From an uncultured delta proteobacterium (lineage in GTDB: Bacteria; Desulfobacterota; Binatia; Binatales; Binataceae): a stretch of 64,000 nucleotides of DNA. How positions within the stretch are numbered: position 1 is the first letter of the stretch; every line of letters starts with the position of its first letter. The stretch covers positions 163,049-227,048 of the forward strand of contig CAWIHG010000001.1 in NCBI GenBank assembly GCA_963835905.1, written 5' to 3'. The position numbers and the translations under genes were made by a program. Below the pieces are notes generated by a model. The model ran no database searches. It was not told the origin of the DNA and saw nothing but the letters and a program-made list of their open reading frames with translations. Positions 46,678 through 56,811 of the stretch are shown here, one piece after another.

Positions 46678-48321
46678 ATGTCACACGAGATCGTAGTCAA
46701 GGGCGCCACTATCGTAGATGGAACCGGCGCCGAGCCGATTTCCGGCGACCTGGCAATCGATGACGGACGAATCACGGAAATCGGCGGAAAAATCGGCGGC
46801 GGCCAGCGGGTCATCGACGCCGCGGGCATGATCGTCTCGCCGGGATTCGTCGATATCCATACCCATCTCGATGCCCAGATTGGCTGGGATCCCGACCTCA
46901 CCCCGGTGAGCTGGCATGGCGTCACCACCGCATTGCTCGGCAACTGCGGTGTCACGTTTGCGCCATGCAAGCCGACCGATCGCGAGCTTCTGGCCGGAAT
47001 GATGGAGACGGTCGAAGACATCCCGCGCAACGCTATCCTCACCGGCCTCCCGTGGACGTGGGAAGACTATGGCGGCTACCTGGATGCGATCGATCAGCTC
47101 ACGCCCGGAATCAACCTGGCCGGGATGGTTGGTCACTGCGCGGTGCGCTTCTACGTGATGGGAGAGCGCGCGGTGGAGGAGCAGGCCACCGACGATGAGC
47201 GCCGCCAGATGGCCGAGATCGCGGGCAAGTCGATCGATCGCGGCGCAGTCGGCTTTTCAACCAATCGCTACGCGCCGCACAAGCTTCCGGACGGACGCTC
47301 GATTCCAGGCACGTTCGCCGATCCTGTTGAACTGGTTCAGATCGCCCGCGAAGTGGCGCGGCGCGATGGATTGATGCAGGCGGTTGGCGCGGACCTCAAC
47401 GTGTTGAAGGCAATCGCGGACGACGGCAAGAGCCGCATCCTGTTCAGTTTTGGCGCCGGGCCCGAAGACAATTCGGGCGTGGAGCGGCGCGAATTCCTTG
47501 ACCGCTTCTGCAACCAGCGCGACGTCACCGCGATCACCCAGGTGCGCGGCTCCGGCTTCATGTTCGGCCTGCAGTCGAATCTGCCCTTTGCGGGAGATGC
47601 GTGGACGGAGCTGCGCAAGCACACCTTCGCCGAGCGCGTCGACGCGATTGGCAATCCGCAGTTCTGCGTGCAGCTCGTCGAAGAGGCCCGGCGCAAACAA
47701 TCCACCTGGATCGATATGAACCAAGTCTTCTTCCTGGGCGCCGGCGTCTCACCCGACTACACGGCGGCTCCCGAGAACAATTTGAAAGCGATATCCGCGG
47801 CGGCCGGCGAGCACTGGATGGAAACCTTCCTGCGGATTTCGCGCGAGACCAAGGGCAAGGCGCTGTTCAATTTTCGAATGTTCAACCGCAATCTCAAGGC
47901 GCTCGGCGACCTCTTCAAGAGCGAGCACTGCTTACCCAGTCTGGGCGACGCGGGCGCGCACGTATCACAGATCATGGACGCCGGATGGCCAAGCTTCGTG
48001 CTTTCCTACTGGGTGCGCCAGACCGGACTCTACTCGATGGCCGAAGCGGTTCGGCGCCTGACCTCGGGCCCGGCCCGTGTAATTGGACTCAAGGACCGGG
48101 GAACGCTGGCGGTCGGGATGCGCGCGGACGTGAACATCTTTGACGCCGATAAAGTCGCGGAGTGCCAGCCTGAGCTGGTGCATGATTTCCCGGGCGGCGC
48201 GCCGCGCTTCATTCAACGCTCCCTTGGTTACAAGGCAACGATCGTAAACGGCAAGCTGAACGTGCTCGACGGCGAGCATACCGGAGAGCGCGCGGGCGCG
48301 GTGATTCGCCACGGCAGGTAA
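46678..48321 (+). CDS. D-aminoacylase-like amidohydrolase (N-acyl-D-amino-acid deacylase family)
   Basis: IVVKGATIVDGTGAEP...GRITEIG...VSPGFVDIHTHLD metal-binding N-terminus. Confidence 0.8.
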   Translation: MSHEIVVKGATIVDGTGAEPISGDLAIDDGRITEIGGKIGGGQRVIDAAGMIVSPGFVDIHTHLDAQIGWDPDLTPVSWHGVTTALLGNCGVTFAPCKPTDRELLAGMMETVEDIPRNAILTGLPWTWEDYGGYLDAIDQLTPGINLAGMVGHCAVRFYVMGERAVEEQATDDERRQMAEIAGKSIDRGAVGFSTNRYAPHKLPDGRSIPGTFADPVELVQIAREVARRDGLMQAVGADLNVLKAIADDGKSRILFSFGAGPEDNSGVERREFLDRFCNQRDVTAITQVRGSGFMFGLQSNLPFAGDAWTELRKHTFAERVDAIGNPQFCVQLVEEARRKQSTWIDMNQVFFLGAGVSPDYTAAPENNLKAISAAAGEHWMETFLRISRETKGKALFNFRMFNRNLKALGDLFKSEHCLPSLGDAGAHVSQIMDAGWPSFVLSYWVRQTGLYSMAEAVRRLTSGPARVIGLKDRGTLAVGMRADVNIFDADKVAECQPELVHDFPGGAPRFIQRSLGYKATIVNGKLNVLDGEHTGERAGAVIRHGR

Positions 48322-48480
48322 AGCAGTGCCAGCGGATGCAGCTTTTCGCTGGCGCAATCCTGTAATAGGGAATGCCGGCCTTGCCGTGGAGCCCTCGGCC
48401 CACGCGAGGCCGGGTCACTCCGCTGCGGCGGCGTTCCAAATCCTTGATCGGATTGAGCGGCCAATGGGCGGAGCAACCCA

Positions 48481-50214
48481 ATGAACCGGTTGGATAGAGC
48501 TTTCTGGAACAGGGTCGGATCTCTCATCAAGCTCTACTGGTTCTCGGCGCAACGCCGTCTTGGGGTGAAGCTTCTCATATCCGTGGCGGCGCTCAGCGGT
48601 GCGTCGATCGGGCTGGGCGCGATTTCCACCTACCTTCTCCGGTATTCAACCGACGCGCTGGTTGGAAAGCATCTATCGCATTTTTATCATCTGATGCTGA
48701 TCTGGGTGGCGCTGAGTGCCACCGCTCTGCCGGTGAATGTTTTTCGGCCGTATCTTTCCGCGTGGCTGTACATCGAATGGCGCCAGTGGCTGACTCACTA
48801 CTTTACCGACGCCGGATTTTCGCACCGCGCATTCTACCGGATGGGTATGGTCGGCAAGGTGGATAACCCGGATCAACGAATCAGCGGCGATATCAGCGCG
48901 TTCGTCGCCACGACACAGGGCTTCACCGTAACAGTGCTGTTCGCGATCGGCGGCGTCATAACCTATTTCGCGATTCTCTGGTCGATTTCGCCGTCACTGG
49001 CGCTGATTCTGATCGGGTATGCGATTGCAGGCACCTACTTCTCCGTAATAGTCGGACGGAGGCTCATCGGTCTCAACTACGATCAGGAACGATACCAGGC
49101 GGATTTCCGGTTCGGCCTGGTTCATGTTCGTGACAACGCCGAACCGATTTTCATGTATGGTGGCGAACGGCACGAGAACGATCAGCTGCGTCACCGATTT
49201 TCCAAAGTCGTCCGGAACTTCAAGCAACTCATCCTCTGGCAGCGCCATCTTCGCTTCTTCACCGAATCGTATGGAAGCGTGATCGCACTGGTTCCGTATT
49301 GGTATCTCGCCGGGACCTATGTGGCCGGTAATCTGGAGTTCGGGCAAGTGGTACAGGCCGCGACCGCCTTCATGGCGCTGCATGGCTCGCTATCGATCGT
49401 CGTCAACAATTTTCCGTCGGTGGCGAACTACGCCAACGTTGTCAGCCGATTGACGGAATTCCTTGACGAAACCGACGCCGCCTCGGAAGCCGATACGGTT
49501 CGCCGTGAACGGATTGAGACAATCGAGACGCGGCGGGTAAATTTCGATCACGTCGGGCTGCGCACGCCCGACGGCACCAAAGCTTTGATCTCCGACTTGA
49601 CCACCGACGCGAGCGCACTGGGACCGCTTCTGATTAAGGGACCCAGTGGTGTCGGCAAGACTTCTCTGCTGCGCGCGCTCGCCGGTCTTTGGCGCGAGGG
49701 CTGCGGCACCATAACCCGCCCTGCTCTCGCGGATGTCATGTTTCTGCCGCAGCGCCCCTACATGATACTGGGCTCATTGCGCGATCAGCTCACCTATCCG
49801 CGTGCCGACGCTGCGAGCGACCAACAGCTGCAAGAGGTATTGAGAACCGTGAATCTCCCGAACGTTTGCGACAGGTTCGGGGGCCTCGACGCGGAAATGC
49901 ATTGGGCCGACGTGCTATCGCCGGGAGAACAGCAGCGGCTTGCTTTTGCGCGCCTGCTGCTCAACCGCCCGCAGTATGCGTTCCTCGACGAAGCCACCAG
50001 CGCACTCGATCCCGCAAACGAGCGGGCCATGTACGAACTTCTTCGCAACAGCGGCATCCCGTACCTGAGTTTGGGCCATCGCCCGAGCCTGCTCAAGTTC
50101 CATCGCAACGTACTGGAGCTGCACGCGACTAGTCACTGGAACGTGGAGCCAAGTTCTGAGTACGAAACCATGACGACCGCGGTAAAGGGCGACGCCGCAC
50201 GCGGAGGCCTGTGA
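48481..50214 (+). CDS. fused ABC transporter permease/ATPase, SbmA/BacA-like (ABCD-type) TMD
   Basis: Walker A GPSGVGKTS, signature LSPGEQQRLAFAR, Walker B YAFLDEATSALD. N-terminal 6-TM domain. Confidence 0.85.
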   Translation: MNRLDRAFWNRVGSLIKLYWFSAQRRLGVKLLISVAALSGASIGLGAISTYLLRYSTDALVGKHLSHFYHLMLIWVALSATALPVNVFRPYLSAWLYIEWRQWLTHYFTDAGFSHRAFYRMGMVGKVDNPDQRISGDISAFVATTQGFTVTVLFAIGGVITYFAILWSISPSLALILIGYAIAGTYFSVIVGRRLIGLNYDQERYQADFRFGLVHVRDNAEPIFMYGGERHENDQLRHRFSKVVRNFKQLILWQRHLRFFTESYGSVIALVPYWYLAGTYVAGNLEFGQVVQAATAFMALHGSLSIVVNNFPSVANYANVVSRLTEFLDETDAASEADTVRRERIETIETRRVNFDHVGLRTPDGTKALISDLTTDASALGPLLIKGPSGVGKTSLLRALAGLWREGCGTITRPALADVMFLPQRPYMILGSLRDQLTYPRADAASDQQLQEVLRTVNLPNVCDRFGGLDAEMHWADVLSPGEQQRLAFARLLLNRPQYAFLDEATSALDPANERAMYELLRNSGIPYLSLGHRPSLLKFHRNVLELHATSHWNVEPSSEYETMTTAVKGDAARGGL

Positions 50215-50227
50215 CAATGGTGCGAAA

Positions 50228-51055
50228 TTGCAGGATCTGAATGGAAAGACCGCCGTCGTGACCGGAGGCGCCAGCGGCATCGGCAAGGCGCTGGCGGCAA
50301 AGTGCCGCGCGGAAGGGATGAACGTCGTGCTCGCGGACGTCGAGGCAGCGGCGCTCGCTGCGGCCCGCGATGAACTCGGCGGCGCCGCGCGTGGCGTGAT
50401 CAGCGTCGTCACGGACGTCTCCAGCGCGGACGCGGTATCTCAGCTCGCCAGCAAGACGCTTGAGACCTTCGCAAGCGTGGATCTATTGTTCAACAACGCC
50501 GGCGTCGGAGCCGGCTCGACGATCTGGGACAGCACGCTCCAGGACTGGACCTGGGTGATGGGAGTCAATCTGTGGGGCGTGATTCACGGAATCCGCACTT
50601 TCGTGCCGATCATGCCGAAACAGAACCGGCCCGCGCATATCGTCAACACCGCGTCGATCGCGGGGCTGGTCAAGGGACATCACAGCGCATCGTACGCAGT
50701 AACCAAGCACGCGGTCGTCGCGCTTACCGAGCAGCTCGCGGTCGAGCTTGAGAGAATCAGGGCTCCCATCAATGCTTCAGTGCTGTGCCCGAGCTGGGTC
50801 AACACGCGCATCAACGAGTCGGGGCGCAACCGTCCGGCGAATCTGCGCAACCAGGCCGAGCCCAAGCCGACGGCAAAAATGCTCAAGCAGTGGGAGCAAT
50901 TGCAGGAGGTCGTCCGGCGAGCGACGCAGCCCTCCGTCATAGCCGACCCGGTATTCGAAGAGGGTATTCGCCGGGGAAAGCTGTACATCATTCCGCACAA
51001 AGAGATGGCGCAGTATATCAAGAGCCGCTTCGACGGCATCATGAAGGACGTCTGA
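50228..51055 (+). CDS. SDR family oxidoreductase
   Basis: GKTAVVTGGASGIGKA, NNAG, YAVTKHA motifs. TTG start. Confidence 0.85.
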   Translation: MQDLNGKTAVVTGGASGIGKALAAKCRAEGMNVVLADVEAAALAAARDELGGAARGVISVVTDVSSADAVSQLASKTLETFASVDLLFNNAGVGAGSTIWDSTLQDWTWVMGVNLWGVIHGIRTFVPIMPKQNRPAHIVNTASIAGLVKGHHSASYAVTKHAVVALTEQLAVELERIRAPINASVLCPSWVNTRINESGRNRPANLRNQAEPKPTAKMLKQWEQLQEVVRRATQPSVIADPVFEEGIRRGKLYIIPHKEMAQYIKSRFDGIMKDV

Positions 51056-51091
51056 CGCGCCGCAATATCGCTCTACCAATGAGGCACGGAA

Positions 51092-51973
51092 ATGAAAAAG
51101 GAAGTCACCATCTGGAGCGAAGGGACGCGGATGGCCGCGGATCTGTTTCTTCCTGACGACCTCCGCGACGCAGAAACACGGCCCGCGATACTGCTTTGCC
51201 ACGGGTGGGGCGGCCCGAAGTCGCATCTCAGCCAGACCTATGCGCCATTCTTCTGCAAGGGCGGCTTCGTGTGCCTGACTTTCGACTACCGCGGATGGTT
51301 CGAGAGCGACGCGCGAATCGCCACCTTTGACAAGCAGCCCGCCGCCGACGCGGAAGGCTGCATCACCGTGCGCGGAAAACCCGTGAGAGAAATAGTCGAT
51401 CCACTCGACCAGAACCGGGATATCAACAACGCGCTCGACTACCTGATCGCCGAGCCCGCCGTGGACCCGTCTCGAATCGGTCTGTGGGGCTCCAGCTTCG
51501 GCGGCGGCCATGTTCTCTATGTCGCCGGACACGATCCGCGCATCAAGGCGGTAGTCAGCCAGGTGCCCGGGATGGGTCCGGCGCCGGACGAGCGCGGATT
51601 CGCCACGCCCGCGCCGCAGGTGCAGACGCTCGCAAGCGCGATGGCGCGCGGTGAGATCCACGCATTGCCGCGGCCCAAGGAACAGCCCGAGTCGCTCAAG
51701 GGAATCGGCGACTTCAGGACCATGTGGCGCTATCTCCCGCGCGTCGCCGCGGCGCATATCAGGGTGCCGACGCTGATCATCGATCAGGAGCAGGAGGAAT
51801 ACGGCGGACGCGAGAACTCGGGCCTTGCCGCGAAGAACGCGATACCAACTACCACGATCGTGAAATATCACGTGTTCCCGGGAACCCACTACGACATCTA
51901 CGAGAAGAACTACCGCGAGAGCGGCAAGATGGCGCGCGACTGGTTCACCGAACATCTGATGCCGCAACGCTAG
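51092..51973 (+). CDS. alpha/beta hydrolase (dienelactone hydrolase / S15-like)
   Basis: LLCHGWGGPK and nucleophile elbow GSSFGG. Confidence 0.8.
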   Translation: MKKEVTIWSEGTRMAADLFLPDDLRDAETRPAILLCHGWGGPKSHLSQTYAPFFCKGGFVCLTFDYRGWFESDARIATFDKQPAADAEGCITVRGKPVREIVDPLDQNRDINNALDYLIAEPAVDPSRIGLWGSSFGGGHVLYVAGHDPRIKAVVSQVPGMGPAPDERGFATPAPQVQTLASAMARGEIHALPRPKEQPESLKGIGDFRTMWRYLPRVAAAHIRVPTLIIDQEQEEYGGRENSGLAAKNAIPTTTIVKYHVFPGTHYDIYEKNYRESGKMARDWFTEHLMPQR

Positions 51974-52004
51974 TGACAGCGTCGTCGGAAGGCTGACAGG
52001 ACAA

Positions 52005-52610
52005 ATGGCGGTCTTGGAAAAATGGGAATTCGGCAGCATCGAGTGGTGCCGGTTCGCCGCTCAAACCGGCGTCGAGCTACTGGAAAAGGCCCGTCTTGAT
52101 CGCGAAAAGTTGGAGTGGGGTTTCAGCGAGGAATACACGTACATCCCGGTCCGCCTGCTTGGCGGGCGCGAAAGGGCGGCCTGGCATTTCATGATTCGCG
52201 GTAGAGAAATCACTGGCGGTGCTTCTCTGCCGGAACAATGCCTGGCGCTGCCCGGTTTCCATGTTGTCGCACCGTGGCCGCTTATCGCGCAGGCTTCGTC
52301 GATGCCCTACGACCTCGCGGGGCAGCAGCGGCGCTTCGCGGAAGAACATGAAATGTGGAAGGAACTGAGCGCCGCGGGACGACTGCCGAAAGAACGCTCC
52401 CTCGCCAGGCCAGCCGTGTGGCCGCGCGAAATTGCGCTTGCGCTCTCCCCCGATGCCGGCGGTAAAGGAGGTCTTCACAATCTCACCGCCGTTCGGATCA
52501 AGCCTTCGCCCGAGCTGGAAGGATTTCCGTTCACCGATATGGGCGTCCCGGATCTCAATCGTATGAGCGCCGAGCAGAAGGAACGACTTTACCGGCTGCT
52601 CGGGTGGTAA
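52005..52610 (+). CDS. hypothetical protein (201 aa)
   Basis: Clean ORF embedded in a tightly spaced operon. No motif recognised. Confidence 0.6.
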   Translation: MAVLEKWEFGSIEWCRFAAQTGVELLEKARLDREKLEWGFSEEYTYIPVRLLGGRERAAWHFMIRGREITGGASLPEQCLALPGFHVVAPWPLIAQASSMPYDLAGQQRRFAEEHEMWKELSAAGRLPKERSLARPAVWPREIALALSPDAGGKGGLHNLTAVRIKPSPELEGFPFTDMGVPDLNRMSAEQKERLYRLLGW

Positions 52611-52629
52611 TGCGGCGAGACTCATTATT

Positions 52630-53325
52630 ATGCCGGCGCACGCTCAACGTGAAGTGAACCTGGAAGCAACCAGGGCGGCATTCGACGCCGACGGCTTTGT
52701 GATCCTACGCGGATTTTTTTCGGCCGATGAGGTCGCGGGAATGCGCGAGCGCACGGATCGCTATCTCGCCGAGGTCCTGCCCGGTCTGCCCGAGGCGTCA
52801 AAGTATAGCGGCACCCTCAAGCATCTCGATTTCCGCGACCCCTGGTTTCGGCGCTGGCTCGAGCATGGCCGACAGGTGCCACTCCTTGAAGCTTTATTTG
52901 GAGGGGCACTCGCTCCCGAACTGGCTATATGGAACGACAAGCCGCCCGGCGTGTCGACCCCAACCCGCGCGCATCAGGATGCCATCGGCAGTCGCCGGAT
53001 GCCGCCGGACGGATGCTCGACGTGGATGGCGCTCGATCCAGCCGACCGCGAAAACGGGTGCCTGTACTATGCGCGCGGATCACATCGGCGCGGACTCATC
53101 CGAGCCTATCCAATACCTGATTCGGAAGTTGCCCGCTTTGACGCGGTGCCGGCGGAACTGATGCCCGGCGATCTGGTGGTGCACAGCGCCCTGACTATGC
53201 ACTGGACAAACGAGAATCGCACAAGCCGTTCGCGGCGATCGATAACGTTTGTATATTGGGCAGCCTCGTCGGCAATTGAGCCGCACGGAGCGGGTAAATT
53301 CACCTCCACCTCCGGTACTCGGTAA
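52630..53325 (+). CDS. phytanoyl-CoA dioxygenase (PhyH) family Fe(II)/2OG oxygenase
   Basis: HQD...GSHRRG...HSALTMH...R facial-triad pattern. Confidence 0.75.
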   Translation: MPAHAQREVNLEATRAAFDADGFVILRGFFSADEVAGMRERTDRYLAEVLPGLPEASKYSGTLKHLDFRDPWFRRWLEHGRQVPLLEALFGGALAPELAIWNDKPPGVSTPTRAHQDAIGSRRMPPDGCSTWMALDPADRENGCLYYARGSHRRGLIRAYPIPDSEVARFDAVPAELMPGDLVVHSALTMHWTNENRTSRSRRSITFVYWAASSAIEPHGAGKFTSTSGTR

Positions 53326-53369
53326 TTGTGGTATCGAAATCCGCGGCCATCATCCGGGAGAATCACTCA

Positions 53370-54257
53370 ATGACAACGGCGGCAGGCAAGCGCAGTGACG
53401 CGATTCGGCAGCGCAGCCTCGAATCCTACGTGATGGAACTCGAAGTCGACGGGCTGACCGTCGTTCCGCCCCAGGCGCATGGCTTCCCCCTGCACCGCTT
53501 CGACGAAATGGTGAAGTGGCTGCTGGCGCGCGCTGAAAATATGATCGGATGCGGCTTCACGCTGGAGCAGGGACCGGATGCGCCCCTCGAGTTCCCCACC
53601 ACGATGCCGCTTTCCGAACGCGGCGGTCCGCCCAATCAGTTTCTGATTCAGCAGCTCGCCCGCCATGCGCGCATCTTTCGCGATCTCGCGGTCAATCCGG
53701 TCGCCGTCGCACTGATCCGCCATATGGTCGGCGAACGCGCCACACGCTTCAGCAGCCACAATTCGTTCATAAAGTGGCAAGGCGACTATGGTTATGGTCC
53801 GGGACTTGGCCTGCATGCCGATCAAACCGCGGTGCCGTTGCCCTGGGGCCGCACTGCGCTGACCGCGAATACCAACTGGTGTCTCACTGACTACACTTTG
53901 GAGGGCGGCGCGCTCGCCTATGTTCCCGGATCGCATCGCAGCGGCTCCCGTCCGGTGCAGCCGCAAGCGGCCCGGCGCGCAGTTCCGGTAGAGGCGCCAA
54001 AGGGCTCGCTGATCGTCTTTCACGGAGCCACCTGGCACGGCGCCTTTCCGAGAAGGGTTCCCGGCATGCGCATCTCGATCGCGAACTACTATCGGCACGC
54101 GATGATCACTTCGCAGGAGGATATCCAGGGCAGCTTTCCGAGAGAGCTGGCCGGCGACTGCGACGATCCCGCGACGTTCAGAGCCCTGGCGGGTTTCGCC
54201 GACGTGTTTCCATATAGGGAGCAGAGCGAGATATTTCCCGTGCTCGCAAAATCGTGA
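53370..54257 (+). CDS. PhyH family Fe(II)/2OG oxygenase
   Basis: LHADQ...PGSHRSG...HGATWHG pattern. GGGAGA RBS before MTTAAGK. Confidence 0.75.
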   Translation: MTTAAGKRSDAIRQRSLESYVMELEVDGLTVVPPQAHGFPLHRFDEMVKWLLARAENMIGCGFTLEQGPDAPLEFPTTMPLSERGGPPNQFLIQQLARHARIFRDLAVNPVAVALIRHMVGERATRFSSHNSFIKWQGDYGYGPGLGLHADQTAVPLPWGRTALTANTNWCLTDYTLEGGALAYVPGSHRSGSRPVQPQAARRAVPVEAPKGSLIVFHGATWHGAFPRRVPGMRISIANYYRHAMITSQEDIQGSFPRELAGDCDDPATFRALAGFADVFPYREQSEIFPVLAKS

Positions 54258-54291
54258 AATTCCGAATTGCAACTGAGAGAGGTAAAGCATC

Positions 54292-55374
54292 ATGCCAGCG
54301 GTAACGCCAGCGAACGGTCCGGTCGCGGTCACCGGCGCCTCCGGCTATATCGGGTCGCACGTCGCGACCGCGCTGATGAAGCACGGCTACCATGTGCGCG
54401 CCTGCGTAACCGATCAGAACAACCCCGACAAGACCGCGCATCTATTGGCGCTGAACAGTGGAGCGTATCCCGGGCAACTCGAACTCTTGACCGCGAATCT
54501 CCTGGTTGAAGGCAGCTACGATGATGCGTTTGCGGGCTGCGGCGCGGTCATGCACGTCGGCACCGCAATGGGCTACGCAAACGCGAACAATCCGAGGCAG
54601 GTCTACGACGGTGCGGTCAACGGCACCAGGAACATCCTGGATTCGGTGAAAAAAGCCGGGACCGTCAAGCGAGTAGTTTACACCAGTTCCTTTGCCGCCA
54701 TTTCCCACCCGGCGCCGACGGGCTACGTCTTCAGCGAAAAGGACTGGGCATCCGATAATCGCGACAAGGACCCCAACTGGATTCCCGGGAATATCGACAC
54801 CAAGGGCGGGGTTGCGTACGCGATGGCCAAGGTTGCGACCGAGCAAATGGCCAATCGCATCGCCGCCGACGATGGCCGGTTCGACGTCATCTCGGTATGT
54901 CCGATCATCGCTTTGGGGCCGCTGCTCACTCGCGCGCACGAACTGGTATGGTCGTGGCAGTGGTTCCTCGGCCAGATGCTTGCGGGAAAGCCCTGCGGAC
55001 GCGGATGGCAACATCTGTGGAACATCGTGGATGCGCGCGACGTGGGCGAGGCGCACGCATTGATAGTCGAAAGCGGCAATTGCACCAACGGCGCGCGCTA
55101 CCAATTGGCCGCTTCCGACCCATCGGGCGAGTTGAACGTGATCGATCTGCAGGCGCATCTGGCGCGCCTGTTCCCTCACATCGCAGTCGGCGGACCGCCG
55201 AAAGAATATGACGAGTTCATACGGAAATACGGCAAAACCTTCGATGGGCCGCGAGGGTACTCCGATCGCGCGCGGCAGGAGTTGGGTCTCAGGACGCACG
55301 CGATTGACGACACCCTATTCGAAACCGGGCGCACGATGATCGAGCTGGGGCTCGTAAAACCCGCGCTCAAGTAA
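54292..55374 (+). CDS. NAD-dependent epimerase/dehydratase family (aldehyde / dihydroflavonol reductase-like extended SDR)
   Basis: VAVTGASGYIGSHV Rossmann motif and YAMAKVATE catalytic Tyr-x3-Lys. Confidence 0.8.
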   Translation: MPAVTPANGPVAVTGASGYIGSHVATALMKHGYHVRACVTDQNNPDKTAHLLALNSGAYPGQLELLTANLLVEGSYDDAFAGCGAVMHVGTAMGYANANNPRQVYDGAVNGTRNILDSVKKAGTVKRVVYTSSFAAISHPAPTGYVFSEKDWASDNRDKDPNWIPGNIDTKGGVAYAMAKVATEQMANRIAADDGRFDVISVCPIIALGPLLTRAHELVWSWQWFLGQMLAGKPCGRGWQHLWNIVDARDVGEAHALIVESGNCTNGARYQLAASDPSGELNVIDLQAHLARLFPHIAVGGPPKEYDEFIRKYGKTFDGPRGYSDRARQELGLRTHAIDDTLFETGRTMIELGLVKPALK

Positions 55375-55422
55375 CAGTCGCGCGATCGCACGATACACCT
55401 TACGCTGCGGAGGGATCCCGCA

Positions 55423-56724
55423 ATGAAAATCGAGAATCGGAAATCAGCTGGATCGAACAGCCCCTCCGGCCACTCTCACTCAGCGCCGCGGACGCCGACG
55501 GGAACGCCGTATGAGTTCACCGCCGAGTCTATCGAGGCAGCGTCGGTGGATGCATTCACGCCCTACCGCGATTTCCTCTCCTCCGGCGAGCCGTACCGGT
55601 CGCTGCTTGGGAACAACCCCTGGATGAAGCCGCCGTCTCCGCGGGACGAGTTGGAGTGGGGCAAGGGCTGGTACTACGACACCACGGTGGCACGCAAGCA
55701 TCCGCATTGGCGAAGCGTTTCACTACCCCAGGCGACCAGAGACCTTCGCCGCCTTCGGCAGGACTTTTACGAATGGGGATTCTGCCTGATCGAGGATGGC
55801 GTTTCGCCCGAGCAATGCACCCGGCTGCGCGAACGAATAGTCCAGCAGGCGGCCGCCGAGCGCGCGCTCGGCATCGCGCACCTGAGCCCGGCCCAGCAGC
55901 ACGTGTGGGCGCTGGTCAACAAGGGCGCTGACTTCGTCAAGTGCATGGAGCACGACCCCGCTGCAATTCAGGCCGGGCCACTGATCGAGAAGTTTCTTGA
56001 TGAAGTGCTGGGTGCGGGGTGGAACCACTTCAGCTTCATCTCGAACATTTCCTTCCCGGGCTGCTACCCTCAGGGGCTGCACCAGGATCAGTCCTTCATG
56101 GCGCCATACAACTTCCCTGAGGCGCCGGCGCCGGTGCTAATGAACACCATATACATACTTCAGGATGTAGACGAGGTGAACGGCGGCACCCTGATCGTCC
56201 CCGGATCGCACCGGAAATATCGCGACGGCGAGGCTTTCGGCAAGCTGCCACCGGCAATCAACCTGGAGGCCAAAGCGGGTGTGATATTGCTGATGGACGG
56301 GCGGGTGCTGCACGGCGGCGCTGTGAACCGCTCCGACAAGCTGCGCTACATCATTACCAACTCCGTGGTGAAGCCCTGGGTCAGGCAGCAGGAGAGCTTC
56401 CTGCTCACAATCAGTCCGGAAGTACTGGCCAAGGCCAGTCCGAAGTTTCTGTGGCGGGCAGGCTTCCAGTCCACCGCCGTGCGCAACATGGTCGAGGGTT
56501 ACGGCTATACCGGCAACGGCCGCATCGGCGACCCCAACGGCTCCCTCGTTTATGTTCGCCAGGCCATCGACCGCGGCGGCTATCGCTATATCGGCGAACT
56601 GTCGATGGCCGATCTTGACAAGGTTGACATCGGCAAGTTCACGCTCGCGCAGATCCAGCGCGAGCACGAGACCTATCGCGATGAGCGCTACCTGCGGTCG
56701 CTGGAGAAGATCACCGCGCTGTGA
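55423..56724 (+). CDS. PhyH family Fe(II)/2OG oxygenase with about 120-aa N-terminal extension
   Basis: LHQDQ...PGSHRKY...RVLHGGAVNRS pattern. GGAGGG RBS. Confidence 0.75.
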   Translation: MKIENRKSAGSNSPSGHSHSAPRTPTGTPYEFTAESIEAASVDAFTPYRDFLSSGEPYRSLLGNNPWMKPPSPRDELEWGKGWYYDTTVARKHPHWRSVSLPQATRDLRRLRQDFYEWGFCLIEDGVSPEQCTRLRERIVQQAAAERALGIAHLSPAQQHVWALVNKGADFVKCMEHDPAAIQAGPLIEKFLDEVLGAGWNHFSFISNISFPGCYPQGLHQDQSFMAPYNFPEAPAPVLMNTIYILQDVDEVNGGTLIVPGSHRKYRDGEAFGKLPPAINLEAKAGVILLMDGRVLHGGAVNRSDKLRYIITNSVVKPWVRQQESFLLTISPEVLAKASPKFLWRAGFQSTAVRNMVEGYGYTGNGRIGDPNGSLVYVRQAIDRGGYRYIGELSMADLDKVDIGKFTLAQIQREHETYRDERYLRSLEKITAL

Positions 56725-56811
56725 CGGGGGCGATCGTGCCCGCGGAGGCGCGAAGCTGAAAGCCGGCAGGATGCCGGCGTATCGCGACAGGCACTGCCTG
56801 GGAGGCGGATC

